NCBI GenBank assembly: GCA_021432655.1
Contig: MU271359.1
Span: forward strand, 1-64,000
Length of the DNA: 64,000 bases
Source: Atractiella rhizophila
Lineage: Eukaryota
Direction of reading: 5' to 3'
A model generated the notes under the pieces. It worked only from the letters and a program-made list of their open reading frames with translations, was not told where the DNA came from and searched no databases. Below are positions 1-13,831 of this stretch, in pieces; the first letter of the stretch is position 1; the number at the start of each line of letters is the position of its first letter. A program made the position numbers and the translations under genes.

Positions 1-1023
1 TTCAAGAATGATGAGAGGTTGAAGGACGTGGTGGTCAGGATGGAGAGCGAGGATAATTTGGCTGCGAGATTCAGGGAGGGAGGTGCCGCTGGAAGTCCAC
101 CGTTGAGCCCGACGATGATCTCGCTCGAAAGCCTTTATTCAAAAGAGGAGAAGCTCCCGAGAGAGCAGCGGATCAAAGTACTTTGCGCCGAAGAGACGAC
201 CCCGACACTCCCACCACCTTCCATCCGAACAGGCTCTAACAGGAGCCCCAAACTCCTCCCGATCCTCGTCCACATCTTAGCGATAGCAATATTTGGGTTC
301 TCCACCTACATCTCCTTCCGTCCCATCAGCTTTTCCTCCGTCGCAAAACCATACCTGTCACTACCTCCCTCCCTCACATCCCTTGCACTCGTCCCCCTCT
401 CCATCCTCCCAGCCACACTCTCGAGTCCGTACTGCCTCCCGCCCCTGTTGCTTCGTATTCTTGGACCAGGGACCATTCATCTCGTAGCCAGGCTTGAAGC
501 TGAAGAAGGAACTGAACTAACAGCAATGAAGGGCTGGGTATTGGGAGTGCTGGCACTGAGCTTGATCTCTCTCCTCGCCAGTCTGCGCATCTCATCCTCA
601 TCCACTCCACATCCTCACCGTCCTCACATTCCCTTCGGTTTCGGACTCCGCTCCACCATCTCTCTCCTCGCCCTCATCTCCTACTCCTCCCTCACCCTCC
701 TCTTCCACTTCCTTAAGGTCTCCCTCTCCTCACCACACTCCATCACCGTCCTCCTCCTCCTCCAGTCGGGATGGACAACCCTTGTCGCCGCCTTCTTGCT
801 AGCGCTCGAACATGCGACTAGAGAGATGGGCAGGTGGACGGGTCCTACACTCGCTTCGTTGGTGGGAGCCATCATCCTCGTTTTGGATGAACCGGAAGGA
901 GAGGAACAGAGAAGACTGCAGTTCTTCGGTAACTGGGAAGTCCTCCTTGCCGCACTCGCTGTCGCCATTATCTCGATTGGGGCAGAATGGGCGATTGTGA
1001 GATTGAGGAGTAGGTCACGCTGA
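1..1023 (+). CDS. 3' part of an uncharacterised polytopic membrane protein (5' end outside window)
   Basis: Frame is open from base 1 to TGA 1021-1023. Several hydrophobic stretches (LLPILVHILAIAIFGFSTY, WVLGVLALSLISLLA, VLLAALAVAIISIG). Family not recognised. Confidence 0.6.
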   Translation, partial: FKNDERLKDVVVRMESEDNLAARFREGGAAGSPPLSPTMISLESLYSKEEKLPREQRIKVLCAEETTPTLPPPSIRTGSNRSPKLLPILVHILAIAIFGFSTYISFRPISFSSVAKPYLSLPPSLTSLALVPLSILPATLSSPYCLPPLLLRILGPGTIHLVARLEAEEGTELTAMKGWVLGVLALSLISLLASLRISSSSTPHPHRPHIPFGFGLRSTISLLALISYSSLTLLFHFLKVSLSSPHSITVLLLLQSGWTTLVAAFLLALEHATREMGRWTGPTLASLVGAIILVLDEPEGEEQRRLQFFGNWEVLLAALAVAIISIGAEWAIVRLRSRSR

Positions 1024-3426
1024 TACGGATTGAGGAGGAAAAGCAAAATGTACGTGCCCCCTTCGTTCCGTTGTGGCCCTCCTAAGTACTTCAGACAGGT
1101 AGAATTAGGAACAGATATCCACATTCATTTGGTCGATAAGAGGTCAAGACCTCCTCATTCACTCCTTCACCCCACTTTCTCCGATCACTCAAAACCGCCA
1201 GGCACCCTCAGCTTGTACATCTACCCTTGCGACCGTACATAACCATTTCGTGCCTTCGAGTTTCTGACGGTCTGAGCAACCTTTGTGCGACACTCTTTAC
1301 TATAAGTGCAAGCTCACTTGCGCTCTTTTTTGGGAGTGTCGTTTGATTATTGGTATTCTATTCAGTTCAGAGTGTAAACTCTTTCTTGATTTCTTCTTCG
1401 CTTCGTTCAGTGTTCGATGGTCAATTCGTTGTTGAAAATGTATTTCCTAGAGGGGCCAAGGACGGGCTGCCTAATTGTCATTAGGAGAGACTTAAAAAGT
1501 ACACATTTGTGACCTCATCACAGAGTCAGCTTAGCGTACGACAACCTGACCCGCTGAGGCAAGGCATTGGTGCGAGACGGGATCAGATCAATTGAGAGAG
1601 TTGATGTTGGCGTAAATAATGCTCCAGAAGCAGAAACTCTGCTTCATCACTCCTTTGCTTCATCACCCTTTAGGGCTGGGATAAGATAGAAATCAGCGTC
1701 TCGGCATTTTTCTGTGGACTTCTTATGGGAATCAAACGACGACCAGTCATCTATCCACCATCCATATGACATGAGTTTCTCAAAAAAAGTGGCAGAACAC
1801 ACCGTGATGTTTTCCACAACCCATACAAACAATCCGGTCTATCGCACCTTGAGAAGCGAGATGGTACCATGGTTTATGAGTGCAAGTTGCGCTTCGTCGT
1901 CGATGATGCCACATACCAGTGGCGGAAGCTTGGTATGGCAATAAGAGCCTATATCAAGGAGAGAAAAATGACACACTATACAGTTTTTTACAGCCAGAGC
2001 AGATCCTACGGTCGCCAGCGTGCTTGCTGTAGTGCCTACGACCTGTGTCAGTCTAATCTTAAGTGGGATCGATCCCTCACGTGTATAGAGAGGACATCGC
2101 AGCGTAGCGCGCGGAACACTTGGGACATTGAAAATAATTCTTCACTTCGTCGGAGTTGGAATAATTTGTGTATAATATTTCCTTGACGGAAGGGACGAAG
2201 ATACGTCGGGTACCGCTGCATTGTGTATTTCCTTCTTGATGCCCTGTGCATGAAGACTCAGATTCTATAAATGAATTAGACTAGACTGTATCACGAACAA
2301 AACGATGATCTTACCGAAAGCTGTTTCACAGCCGGAACAAATCCACTGACTGTCCTCCTCTTTTGTTGCTACTCGTAGAACTCGACCTGTGCGACAATCT
2401 TGCGGCGCAAATTTTCGGGATAGATGGACTGCTGCTACATATTTTGTAGCTAGAGATCGGGGGTTAAAGGTTATGACATGAGAAAGATTGTAAATATGCA
2501 CCGAACATAGACCCGCATCCTGTGCAAAAGAAGCATTCTGTTTTGGTATGGAACCGCTGAATGTGTCTGCGTCGTAAACGTTAGAGGGTACAACCAGTCT
2601 CGAAGCACTTGCGCAGCTAAGGCTCCTTTCTTTTTCAGGCGAAGGTCACAGTGAGGACACTGATGGGGATATTTCTCTTCTTGCCCCTTTCTTTCTTCTA
2701 TCAAGCGTTGTATTCGACGGCGTTTGCCTATCTTCTTGTTATTGAGCGATGCACGCCGAGAAAACTAATCCACCTTCTCGATGCAACCACTTTATCATGG
2801 GTGTACCTACCCAAATGTCAGAAAAGGATTAAGCTACCAAATCGCTTACTTTGTCTCATCTTTTGTCCCGCCTGATCAGACTTCCAAGTTTCCATCTTTC
2901 TTGAAATGTTCTGAAGGATCTCATTCCGGCGGTCGATGGATCCTACACCATGACACTCTCGATACGTGACATGTGTGAGCGAAAATATGTACGCATTTGG
3001 GAAAGGATATTTCTACTCCTTGGCTCTCGTGCTCCTTCACTCTCATTGAGGTCAGACGACGTCGTGAAACTAAGTAACACAAGACTTACGAGTCAGTTGG
3101 TATCTCCTTTGCCTTTGGTACACTTTCAGGTTCTGATACAGTGGCAGAGGAGGGGGAAACGTCGTGGGCGAATGGCCTAGCGAACGCCTTGTGCCAACAA
3201 CAGGGTCTTACTGCCCGGAAGGCTACTTTTCGGAACATCTCTACCAAATGCCTCCCTCCAGTCGCGAACCCAGACAGTCCTATCAAGCAATTCGTGAACG
3301 GGCGGAACAACGGGAGGGATGGGGAGCCGACTTGGGTCCGGAGCCGACCGACGCGCTTTGAAGTTAGCGTACACGACTTGAACAAGTACACGACGCGATC
3401 GGCTTGATTTTTAGCAGAAAGGTGAA

Positions 3427-4659
3427 ATGATAGATTTGGGGCTGGACCACGCTGTTGTGCTTGTCACTGGGGCGTCTGGTGAGGTCAATTCCATTTGCCA
3501 GATCAAATCAAATCGCAAACATTCTTAACTGGCGATTAACCCTTGAATTTTTTAGGTGGGATTGGACAAGCTACCGTCCGAGCCTTCCACGGTTAGTCCC
3601 TTCCCTGCTTCCCCGCTGCCCTGTTCCGACTTTTGCTGAATATCACGACCTGTTGCCAGAGCAGGGTTCCCGAGTTTACGCACACTACAATTCCTCTCCT
3701 CCAGCCTCCTCCGCTCAGCCTTTTCCAGAAGGGGTGTCCTCTGTACAAGCCAACGTGCTTGATGAGAGTGCGGTAGAGAAGATGTTCGAAAGCATAGGAG
3801 AAGGAGTCGATGTCCTCGTCGTGAATCATGGTATCGCTCTGCCAGAAGACGTTCCCATTCACGAGATGAGCACAGAGCAGTGGGATCGGACGATGGGGAT
3901 CAATCTCCGAGGTGCCCTTCTACTTTCTCTTTTACACCCACCTCATTTTTCGCACTGTGGTATTTCTAGGCACCTTCTTCCTCATACGAGCATTTTTCCG
4001 CTCCATCGCTCAGCGTCAACCGCAAGATAAAACCCAAAGTCCTTGCGTTGTACTCGTTGGGAGCACTAGCGGGAAATTTGGGGAGGCGGGACATGCAGAT
4101 TACTCGTCTTCGAAGGCAGGCATTCTCTCTCCTTTTCTTAGAATCGACCGGAAGTAACGTGATGTCAACGGTTATTAGGCAGCAATGATGCACGGTTTAC
4201 TCCCTACCCTCAAAAATGAGATCGTGAAGCTGGCACCGAGGGGAAGAGTCAATTGTGTCGCGCCAGGTTGGGTGAGTTTCTCTCTCCTCCCTGCACCCAC
4301 CGCAGCTCTTGTTTAACGGCACAACGGTCACCTCATGTTCAAGGAAGAAACATTACTGACCATGATCTGTTGATAACAGGTAGCAACGCCCATGGCTGCA
4401 CACCTCCTCAACGATGCCCGCGTGCTCGAACGCGCCGTCGCAACGTACATTCTTTCCTTAAGTTCAGCTGATGCTCTAGAGTTAATGGATGATTTTTACC
4501 AGAACGCCGTTGAAGAAGATTGCGACTCCCGAAGATGTCGCCTTACAGATTCTCCTCCTTGCTAGTGAGAAAGTTTCAGGGCATGTTTCTGGCGAGTGCG
4601 TGTTTGTGAGTGGGGGAATGGAAGGGAGGCTGTTGAACCCGTTGTCCTTCATCCCTTAA
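3427..4659 (+). CDS. Short-chain dehydrogenase/reductase (multi-exon)
   Basis: Spliced reading gives VLVTGASG|GIG (TGxxxGxG), VDVLVVNHG, YSSSKA (YxxxK), RVNCVAPGW and SGECVFVSGGMEGRLL, then TAA 4657-4659. Confidence 0.9.
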
Positions 4660-4943
4660 ATCATCGAAACCAACGAAACCCCAAAACTGGAAGCAAAGGA
4701 ATAAAAACCCCCCAAGCAAAAGGTAACAATAAAGGCAAAAACAACTCAACATACTATACTGTCACTGTACTATCACGTGCAGTACCTGTTCCCCCAGTTC
4801 GCTTCCGACTCACACTTGAACCAATTTCACCAACCTACAAAGGTGTAGACAGGTATAGGTACATAGGTACAATCCCTCAGACAACCTCCTGCCAGACAGA
4901 CTGGTGAAGCCCTGTAACACCTCGTCTGTTCTCTTACACCCTA

Positions 4944-6191
4944 ATGTCGTCCCCCTTCGAACGTCTCTTGGACCATGTCCTTCCGATAGTTCTCCAATTG
5001 ATCCACCAGCAAGCCGAAGCAACATTCTTCCCGCGTTGGTCCATCCGATCACTCTGTCTCGTCTCAAAGCACTTCTTTCGACTGGCACGTCCTTTCCTTT
5101 GGCTCAAAGTCACACTGAGAACGCCGAACGCTTTCTCGGACTTCAACAATCTGCTGAAAGCCAACGATTCTGATCTCCCAGCTGGATGGGTCAGAAAATT
5201 GGAGACGAGGTTTAGGATGTGGGATCGGGATGAGCCTGCGGTGCAGACAAGGGAATTGGGAGAGATTTTGAAGAGGTTGAAGAATCTTCGACATCTAGTC
5301 ATATTCTGCGACATCGGTAACATACCGCAACAGCTCGCTCTCGACGTCTCTCAACGCTTAGGACGCATCCTTCAAGACTCCCCCGTCCACTCGTTCCAGA
5401 GTATGGTCACTCGACTCGAAGGTTATCCGGTTGCTCTCATGCAGAGTCTCACCACCTGGACACATCTCAGAGAAATCGACCTCTTTGGTCTCGACCTGCC
5501 TTCACTATCCTCTCCAGAATTCGAGTTTCCATTCTCGCTCCAGGCGGTAAATTTACGTGTAACCAACCTCTCCGATTCGTCTTTACTCTTCCTCTCCAAG
5601 CACCCCCTCCGCTCTCTCCGCCTCCTATGGTGTGAGGGTTTTACCTCGTCTGCTCTTTTGAACGCACTAGAAGCTTCCTCGCCTACGTTAGAGATATTTA
5701 ACATAGAATTCCGGAAAGGTAAACCGCTACATTCAAGCGTCATGGAAGGAGGGCTCCAAGACGCTCTCTTGCCCACCCTTGCCAAGTGCACAAAGCTCTC
5801 AAGTCTCTCTTTGTCGGACTATCCACATCGTCTTCAGTCCTCCATTTTTTCAATCCTTCCTCCGGAAGTCACCTCCCTCAGAACCGACGGAGTATACTTC
5901 GAGTCTCCCTCCCAATTAATAGACATTGTGAGAAGGAGGGACAGGATGATGTATTTCGGAATGGTCCATCTGCCTATTCAAGAAGATTCCTTACTGGATG
6001 GCCCAGAGACGGACGATTTAGTGGAACTCTGTAAACTCTGTCTGGGACAAGGAAAGAACGTTAGGATCTTTCTACGTGATGAGAAGACACCGTCAAAGAT
6101 GGATGGGTTCCTGAAAGCTGTCGAAAACTCCAAACGCACGACCTCTGCTGTTCCAACCTCTACTCAGGTTGACACGGCCGATTTGGCCTGA
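4944..6191 (+). CDS. F-box-like/RNI-type leucine-rich repeat protein, intronless
   Basis: 415-aa ORF. N-terminal 'SLCLVSKHFFRLARPFLW' is typical of fungal F-box proteins; LxxLxL repeats follow. Confidence 0.7.
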   Translation: MSSPFERLLDHVLPIVLQLIHQQAEATFFPRWSIRSLCLVSKHFFRLARPFLWLKVTLRTPNAFSDFNNLLKANDSDLPAGWVRKLETRFRMWDRDEPAVQTRELGEILKRLKNLRHLVIFCDIGNIPQQLALDVSQRLGRILQDSPVHSFQSMVTRLEGYPVALMQSLTTWTHLREIDLFGLDLPSLSSPEFEFPFSLQAVNLRVTNLSDSSLLFLSKHPLRSLRLLWCEGFTSSALLNALEASSPTLEIFNIEFRKGKPLHSSVMEGGLQDALLPTLAKCTKLSSLSLSDYPHRLQSSIFSILPPEVTSLRTDGVYFESPSQLIDIVRRRDRMMYFGMVHLPIQEDSLLDGPETDDLVELCKLCLGQGKNVRIFLRDEKTPSKMDGFLKAVENSKRTTSAVPTSTQVDTADLA

Positions 6192-6932
6192 TTGGACTCT
6201 GCGTGAATCACCTTTACAAATGCAATGCCGCTCAGATTCTACTTATCGGTTTGAGTCGAGGCAAGCCTGCAATTGGAGGATCACATTAAAGGATATCGCT
6301 CTTGTTCTTTCTTATGCGACATGCAAGGACATTCATCGTTTATGGTGTTCAAACTTCTGGACCTTTGTCGAGACACTCAAACCATTGTCTTTCAATTCTC
6401 GTTTCTTAGCGACCACCTACATTGCAGTTCGAAAGTTGCCTCTTCTCTCGTTCGCAAGATCACCTAGTCATTCCCGCTTTGCGGCTTACACGACAGAAGA
6501 CCGCCGAGCTTTCAATTAGAAAAGTGTTTCACCGGCTGGGTTTGTGCGGTGGAAGAAGGCGGATTCATTTTGCGGGACGACGCTCCCGCTCAACGCACCG
6601 CTTGTTTCCCCCCATAAACACTCCGCTGCACTTCGCAGTTGACGGCATGTTCAGACGTGTCTCGCTTCAATCGACGGCGGGGTGAAGATGAGGACTTTTG
6701 CACAAACTAGGAGTCCGGTGATGATTTATTGATCGAACAAAGTCCGCTATATGTTTTTGGCCGAGATGGTATAAAGCCTCACCTCCCTCATCTTTTGACG
6801 CCCATCATTGCTCCGCAATTCTCAGTACAGCGTACTGCCGTTCGTTTTCCATTTGGTCTTTTGCTTGCTCCATCAAGTCTTGATCCGTAAACTTCGTCCC
6901 AAGTCCTTTTGCAAAGTCGACAATTTTTGAAG

Positions 6933-7780
6933 ATGCTTTCCTTCACCGCTGTTTTTGCTGTCCTCCTCCCCCTCGCTTTCGCTCAATCGCAATGCGATGT
7001 CTCAAAGGCGCAAATTCCTCTCCCTGCTGGCGCCGCCATCTCTGTTCCGGCAGGACAGGTTCCAGTTTTCGTCACCCATGGGTATGCCTCTGTTACTGTG
7101 CCTGCGAAGACGTATTGACGTAATGGTACAGAACGGGAACTCAGGCGGGTCTCGCTCTCTCCACTTTTACTCCCACCTTACCTTCTCAATTAGAACTATA
7201 CTTGCACTAATGGAGTATACGCCAGCGCTGGAGCCGTTGCTACTCTTGTCGATGTGTCCTGCACTACTGGACGAGCATCCGGTGGACGAAGGATGGAGAA
7301 GAGGCAAAGAGGGCGACCATCTGGCGGGCGTGGAGCTGTATTAGGTGCGTCTGGTTTCAAGTTAATCTATTTGATTGTGATAACAGTTGAATCATAGGAC
7401 AACACTATTTTATCACTTCTGGCACCGGTATCGCCCCTAAGTTCGACTTCACTTCCTCTGGCAATGGTTTCGTTGTCGTCAGCAAGGCCGGATCCATCAC
7501 TGCTCCTACAGGTGCACAGGACGTCCCGTGGCTTCAACTTAGCCAGACCGACGGTGATTTGGCATCCACGGTCTTCAGGTGCGTCTGTCTGGAGTACGGT
7601 AGGGAGAATGTTTTCTGACTCTCATGCAACAGGGTTAAAACCTCTCTTGGTCAACCCCCAGCTACCTGCACGACTGAGGGAGAGCAGCTTGAAGTGGTAG
7701 GCCAATTTCTTTGCTTGACAATGCAGCAATTGAGGTCATGTTTCTAGGCTTACCAAGCCGACTACTGGTTCTACAAGTAA
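6933..7780 (+). CDS. Secreted DUF3455-family protein
   Basis: Signal peptide MLSFTAVFAVLLPLAFA. Spliced motifs G|TGTQ|NYTC, GAVATL, GQHYF, DVPWLQL, T..GQPP..C and YQADYWFYK, then TAA 7778-7780. Confidence 0.85.
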
Positions 7781-8926
7781 TGTAGGATTTTATGATTGCA
7801 GCTTACGCAATGGTATTGATATTTGGGCTGTAATGTGCTAGCGTCGTTTGGGAATCTATTACATTCTTTTCCAAGAACTTCGACCCTAATCAGTCTTGCT
7901 GTCGACAGCATTCGGATCCCCAGAATCTCTCTAAGATGCTGTTCAGCTAGCAATGTACTCCACATTCGACGCATCCCATTGCATCCATCTGGTTCTAACC
8001 TTTCGGGACAGAGTGTTCTATAAAGACAGCATCTATTCACTGAAAAGTCGGGGTTGGGAGCGTCTACATTTTCTATGGAAAATGTATGTGACTACAAGCG
8101 GCCATCAAATCATCACCGACCAATGTAGCTCGACAGGGTGAATCCGGCATGAACACCCAATGAGAGCAAGTGCTAACCACCCCCCAGTAGCCTTGAGCGA
8201 TGGCGACAACGTCAACCCTTTTTCCAATTCTGTGGCTTCTTCCATTATACTCTACCGTCCAGCCACCCAGTAAAGGCTTATCATGATACTATCATATATG
8301 TTTCACATTTCAAATTTAGCTCAATTCGTAGGGAGCAAGTTACTAATATATTGGTCTCAACGGAAGTGTCCTACCTAGTTAAAGCCTAAGCCATAACGGA
8401 TCATACTTTACAAAAGTACACAGAATTGTTGCTTTTGGACCCCTTTGGTGAAATGATCAATATCACCCGACTTTGAGGATTTGTGGTGAAAGTTAGTTAC
8501 ACAAGGATACGGAAGAGAAGAACTGGTACACATCTATGTCGTTAGTTGTTAATGTTTTTTGGAACTGAGATCATGTTTGAACATCCATATATGACTATGG
8601 CAGCTTATATTCGGGGCTATCAATATCTCAATCTGGTGTGGATTCTATTATTTCAAAGGGCACAAGCAGGCGACCTTTTGCTCACAATAACGAACAGGAC
8701 CAGGTATGGATCTACTCATCCCTGATGAGATCAACCCTCCCACCAACACGCGATGAACCCCACAATACCCCACTGTCGACAGCTGATTGCAAGCTAGCAG
8801 TCTCCTGCCACCCACGACTTTCGAAACCTGGCTCCTGACGCTAAACAGGAATCACGCTATAAAGCACTCAAGTCAGGACCCATGAAGTTGTCCACTTCCT
8901 TGCTCCTTGGGACGAAAAGATAGAAC

Positions 8927-10809
8927 ATGAGGACCTGCATTCGAGTTGCATTGCTGGCTGCCCTTGTTTGGGGAATACCTCTCGCTGAACAGGAAGCCCA
9001 CCTGGAGAAGCGAGCACAATGCCAGTCTTCGTTAGACAATGCAATTGTCAGCTATTCCTCTTGCTTCCCTCCAACAAGGGAGGTCTGCTGATGGCGATCT
9101 GGTTAAGGGTCGAGTTCACTCCATGCAGGATCACTATTATGTCGCTTCTACTGGAGTTTGGAACGGTGGCATTCACTGGACGGATGCCGTGCACTCTACT
9201 TTATTCTTTCATTTCCCCATACACTGATTAGAACTGTGAACAGATAACACTTGAGACTATCCACAATATCATGCTCGGGGCAAACAACAACGATTTCGCA
9301 GCGAGCGTAACAGAGGGGTCTTGGTGGACCCGAGTCGTTAACGCGGATACAAATTGGGAAAGCTACATTGCCGGATCTTATGACGATGCGCAGGTACGAT
9401 TAATGTCTCTGAAAGACAAGCTTTAGTGATAATGGCGTATAATAGTGGTTCATCATGGCTTTTTGGAAGGTAGCGGACTACAAATCCTCCAGAGGTCAGG
9501 ATGCCTCAAGATGGATTGTAGGTTGTTCCTTGGTCCCAGCGCGTGTAAAGAATTGAGGGTCAAACAGAATGCTGCAAAGTCGATCTATTCCGTTGTAGAG
9601 CGCCAATGGGACACGTCGACGTATGCCTGCTACCTATCATTTCAAAGCTGATGGTTCTGCAGGTGCGGTGGTGGGAGTGCGCAACTCTGCGTTCCTGAAC
9701 GTACAAGTCTGATCGGAATGCTACAGTGTGGTGGAGCAGCGCGAGAGATTATAAAAACGCTGTTACGAATGAGCAATTCCTCTATGTGTCCGCGAAAGGA
9801 TACCTAAGAGGATTCGGGCAAAACTACCTAGATAACGCCAACAAAGTAAGCTTTGTTCCCTCAAGCCACGCCATCTAAGAATATTCAATGATAGGCATGG
9901 AACTGGCGTGGGTTCAAATATTTTGCTTGTGCCTGAAGCGGGAGACTCACTTTAAGGAGACAGTGAAGAACTCCGGAATGAGGAATGCGGACAATCTCTG
10001 GAATGATGGGCTGACGTCCAGCTGTCAAAACAACGGACAAGTATGTCCCCTTCCTATCCGGCGTCCAATGTGTTCAGTATATTGCTAGACGACATGGCTT
10101 TATAATCAAGGTATTTTCGAGTTCAGAGCTAGCTGCTTCCTCACTACTCACTACCGATGTAGCTGTGATCGCTAGTGGACTCGGAGCACTTGGAAGGGCA
10201 ACCAACAACCCCTCACTATTCACCGAAGCGGAGAAGACGCTGGATGCCGCAATCTCCAAATTAACCGTCAATGGTATCCTTAGGGAATCATGCGACAATC
10301 CCGCGCCAAACACGTCGGTGTGCAACAACGACCAGAAATGCTTCAAGGTCGGTGTCTCCTCTCCCAATCAGAGGCAAGGAGATAACGGAAGCCATCCCGC
10401 GGGCGTTTTAGGGAATCTTCATGAAACACTTGCAGTATTATCTTGACGAAGTGAACGATCCCTCTCGAACTGCGAAATATCAGCGCTTCATTGGAGATCA
10501 AGCGAGTGCCATCATTCATTACGGTGCTTTCTTCTCTTCCACCTTGTATACTCTTAACTGATGGTTTCTTCACAAGGCACCGGATCGGACAACATTTGCG
10601 TATGTTTTTATCGCTTACGATGCAGGCTCGTGCTCACCAATTGCTTTTTATCAGGGCTCAGTCTGGTATGCTCCAAACCAGGGAGGAAGCGTGTTTGGTG
10701 TCCAGACCGCGACTTCTGGAATAGACGGGATGACTGCAACGGCTAAATGTAAGTCGAGTTCTTCCACAGCCCAGAAAAACTGATTAGGTATGCAGACGGA
10801 CCGTGTTGA
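8927..10809 (+). CDS. Secreted glycoside hydrolase family 76 (alpha-1,6-mannanase-like)
   Basis: Signal peptide; motifs WTDA, SYDDAQW (catalytic DD), CGGG|MWW, YKNAVTNE, LWNDGL, YNQ, GILRESCD and FK|GIFMK; ends K|YGPC-TGA. Confidence 0.9.
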
Positions 10810-11231
10810 GTGCAGTACGAAACTGGATCGAAATATTGAAGTACAAACGTCCATGCTGTATTTGTCAAAGTGAAATGTTGTCGCAAGTCTTGTGGAATTT
10901 ATCAAAGTGTTACGATATTCATGCTCCGGCTCAACTTGCCTTGACCACTCTCATCAATCTCATCCGTTGATTAGTTGACAATTGGGTTAATATTCGACCT
11001 TTATCAGGTATCCATTTCAATTATTTACTGGTAGAATCCACCAAGCTCTACGATCCATAAAGTCAATTCCAATGAAGACTTACACACCGATACAAATGGG
11101 GAAAGTTAAAAAAAAAAGAAGGCGATATAAACCGATGACTAACAAAGCGAGGCACTACCACTGACAAGAACGAAAAGAAGGGAAAGGAGTGGAATATAAA
11201 GGAATGTAGCAATGGTAGCGTAGAAGCCAGC

Positions 11232-13621
11232 TTATACCGCACCGATACCAGGTTTTTTCGATTTGATGCTGTTGACCCTTTATCAGTATGGATCACACGG
11301 AGGAGAAAGAACGAACTTGATGTTTTTTACAAACAGGGAGCAGATTATAATGCCTGCTCCTGTTCCAACTCCTGTTCGCATTTTTCAGCCGGTGTATGCG
11401 AGAGTCGAACATGAGACTCTTACCTAGGAGGTAGGTATAATCAAGCGCGTAGACGTAAGCTTCAATGACGCCTGGACGAAGAGCAGGGTCCTATATGCAC
11501 GATCAAATCCCACTGGCGGTGCTCGGAAGAAGCTAGCTTACGATCGTCTTGATACTCTCCACACTGTTTCGGACCTATTCTTTCCGTCAGCGAGTAGCAG
11601 TCGAGAAAGGAGAGTAACTCGCCAATTCGAAAGGAGCATCAGGAGCAAACTTGTGCAAGCCGCTCGTGAGCTTGTTCGAGAAGAGCGTGTTGGCCAACGC
11701 GAGACCAATGACGGCTCCGAGAGACTGAATGAAGTTATACAGGGCTGTAGCGATTGGTATGTCCCTCTCATCCTTCACTTGTGCTTGGACGGGCAGAATC
11801 AAAATCTGGAAAACGCAGCCGATTCCTATTGCGACTAGCACTTGGTATCCGTACAGCTCGGCATTTGAGGCATCGACTTTGAGGGTGTAGAGCAGACCCG
11901 ATCCGACGCAAAGGAAGGCAGGAGTGCAGACGATGATAAACCAGTAGTGACCAGTTACTGTTTCAGTCTCGTCAGATGGTCTTTGAAGAGATGAAATGCA
12001 AGGAGGACAAACAGGTGATGGCGATGCCTGAAATGGCGGAGAAGGTGACTACGCCGACCATGTAGGGCAGAATATCGATCCCCGACCTTGTTGCAGAATG
12101 ACCATTGACAGCCTGGAAGTACCTAAAGCAGATCAAATAAGACCACTCATATTTTCAGATGGACAGTAAAGGATTACAAAGGCAGGTAATAGATTGTGAA
12201 GATCAAACTCCAGAAGCTGAAGAAAGCGGCACAGCTTGCCCCCATCTGCGTCCTCTGTTTGAAGAGCTCGAAAGGAAGCATGCGGAATGGTCCGGCGAAT
12301 TTATACTCGTCTACAAATGCATCAGTCCATGACAGAGATTGTGGACGATTCACGAACAGAGGATGAAAACGGGTATGATGCCTACAGCCCCAGCGAAGAG
12401 ACCAATGATGATCTTATCGTTCCAAGGGTACTTGTTGCCTATATTTCCCGTCAGTTCAACGCATCTACCATGAAACAGTAGAGGAAACATGAACGGACCT
12501 CCCCATTGCAAAGGCAGTAAGAGGCAAGTGACCAAACCAAGCATGATGAGGGATCCACCTAAATCAAGTGCGAAAAGACGGAAGAGGATGCTTCTGGGAT
12601 CCGTCCCGAAGCGACCAAAGATTCTGAGGAACCATCCAAACCGGCTACGGGTGAGATTCACTACTTCTGTGGGGAGTGGGGCAGGGGTCGCTGGTTTGAT
12701 CAGCACGAAAATGGAGCCAATGGTGATGACGCCAACTGGAAGATTGATGTAAAAGCACCAGCGCCAGGAGACGTGATCTAGAAACATTAGGAATCAGGAC
12801 ATTCCTGAGAAGACACAGATGAAAAGCTGAACCAGTGAACGCTCCTCCCATCAATGCCCCGATGACACTACGCTCAAATTAGCTGCGAATGAATGGGAGA
12901 AACGGTAATGAGCGAACCTGGAAATGGCGAAGACGGCGCCAAACCCTCCAAGGATCAGTGGACGATGCTCCACTTTCGCTACTTCTGCAATCATCGAAAG
13001 ACACCCGACAAAGATACCAGCCGCTCCGACTCCAGAGACCGCCCTGCCGAAGATGAGGAATTCGACGTTCCAGGCGACTGCACAGAACAGGGAACCGAGA
13101 GAAAAGATGAATACGGCCCAAATGAAAGCCCATTTTCGATCAAAGATGTTCAAGATCGTGCCAGCAATCAACATGAACGAAGTCTGCGTCAGGAAGTAAG
13201 CGAAACTGGTCCATCCTATTTCTTCGAGTGCGTTGAAACGAGATACGATGACGGGCAGGGCGGGCGCGATGATGGTTTGGTCGAGAGCTATGAGGAAGAT
13301 GGCGAGGAGGAGGGAGATGGAGACGAGGACGAGAGGGATCCCGGTAAGATACTTGCTTTCGGGGTCCTGCTCATCCGAAACTTCCAAGGGCAACTGTGTG
13401 TACGACGCTTTCCCCTTCTCCCCCAGACCAGACACTCCCACGTCAATGGCGACCTCCTCGACGTCCATCGCGTCGTGGCTTCCACGAAGATTTCCTGTGG
13501 ACTGTTTCTTTTCGATGGGGAAAGCAGACTCGTCTGAAAGCCTTTGCTCCTCATTCTGGACAAGCGTTCCAGGTGTGCTTGCAGCTGTACGGTTTGGCTC
13601 CTCGACCCCTAGTGGCGACAT
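11232..13621 (-). CDS. MFS drug:H+ antiporter, DHA2 (14-TMS) type, copy 1
   Basis: FLIALDQTII, GRAVSGVGAAG, SWRWCFYINLPVG and IYYLP motifs; last exon ends KPGIGAV-TAA. Confidence 0.92.
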
Positions 13622-13831
13622 CTTTGCAAAAGATGAAAGGGAAAACTACGAGAGCTGGAAGAGCTGGGAAGTGGTCACGGTGGCTTCACAGACTGGGACT
13701 GAAACCAGTTCGGTCGAGAGGGTTGGTGTATTTACAGCGGTGTTAAATTAAATTGAAGGACACAACAATACACGTGAAGCCGATGAACTCATGAACTATG
13801 GGCACCCGCCGGATATTAAAGTCTGTCGGAA

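Noticed and set aside
8927..13621. Mannan-utilisation locus (GH76 plus transporter)
   Set aside because: The MFS has DHA2 efflux motifs, not sugar-porter motifs.
12893..13751. Long + strand ORFs (214 and 172 aa) and their duplicates
   Set aside because: Antisense shadows of the MFS first exon.
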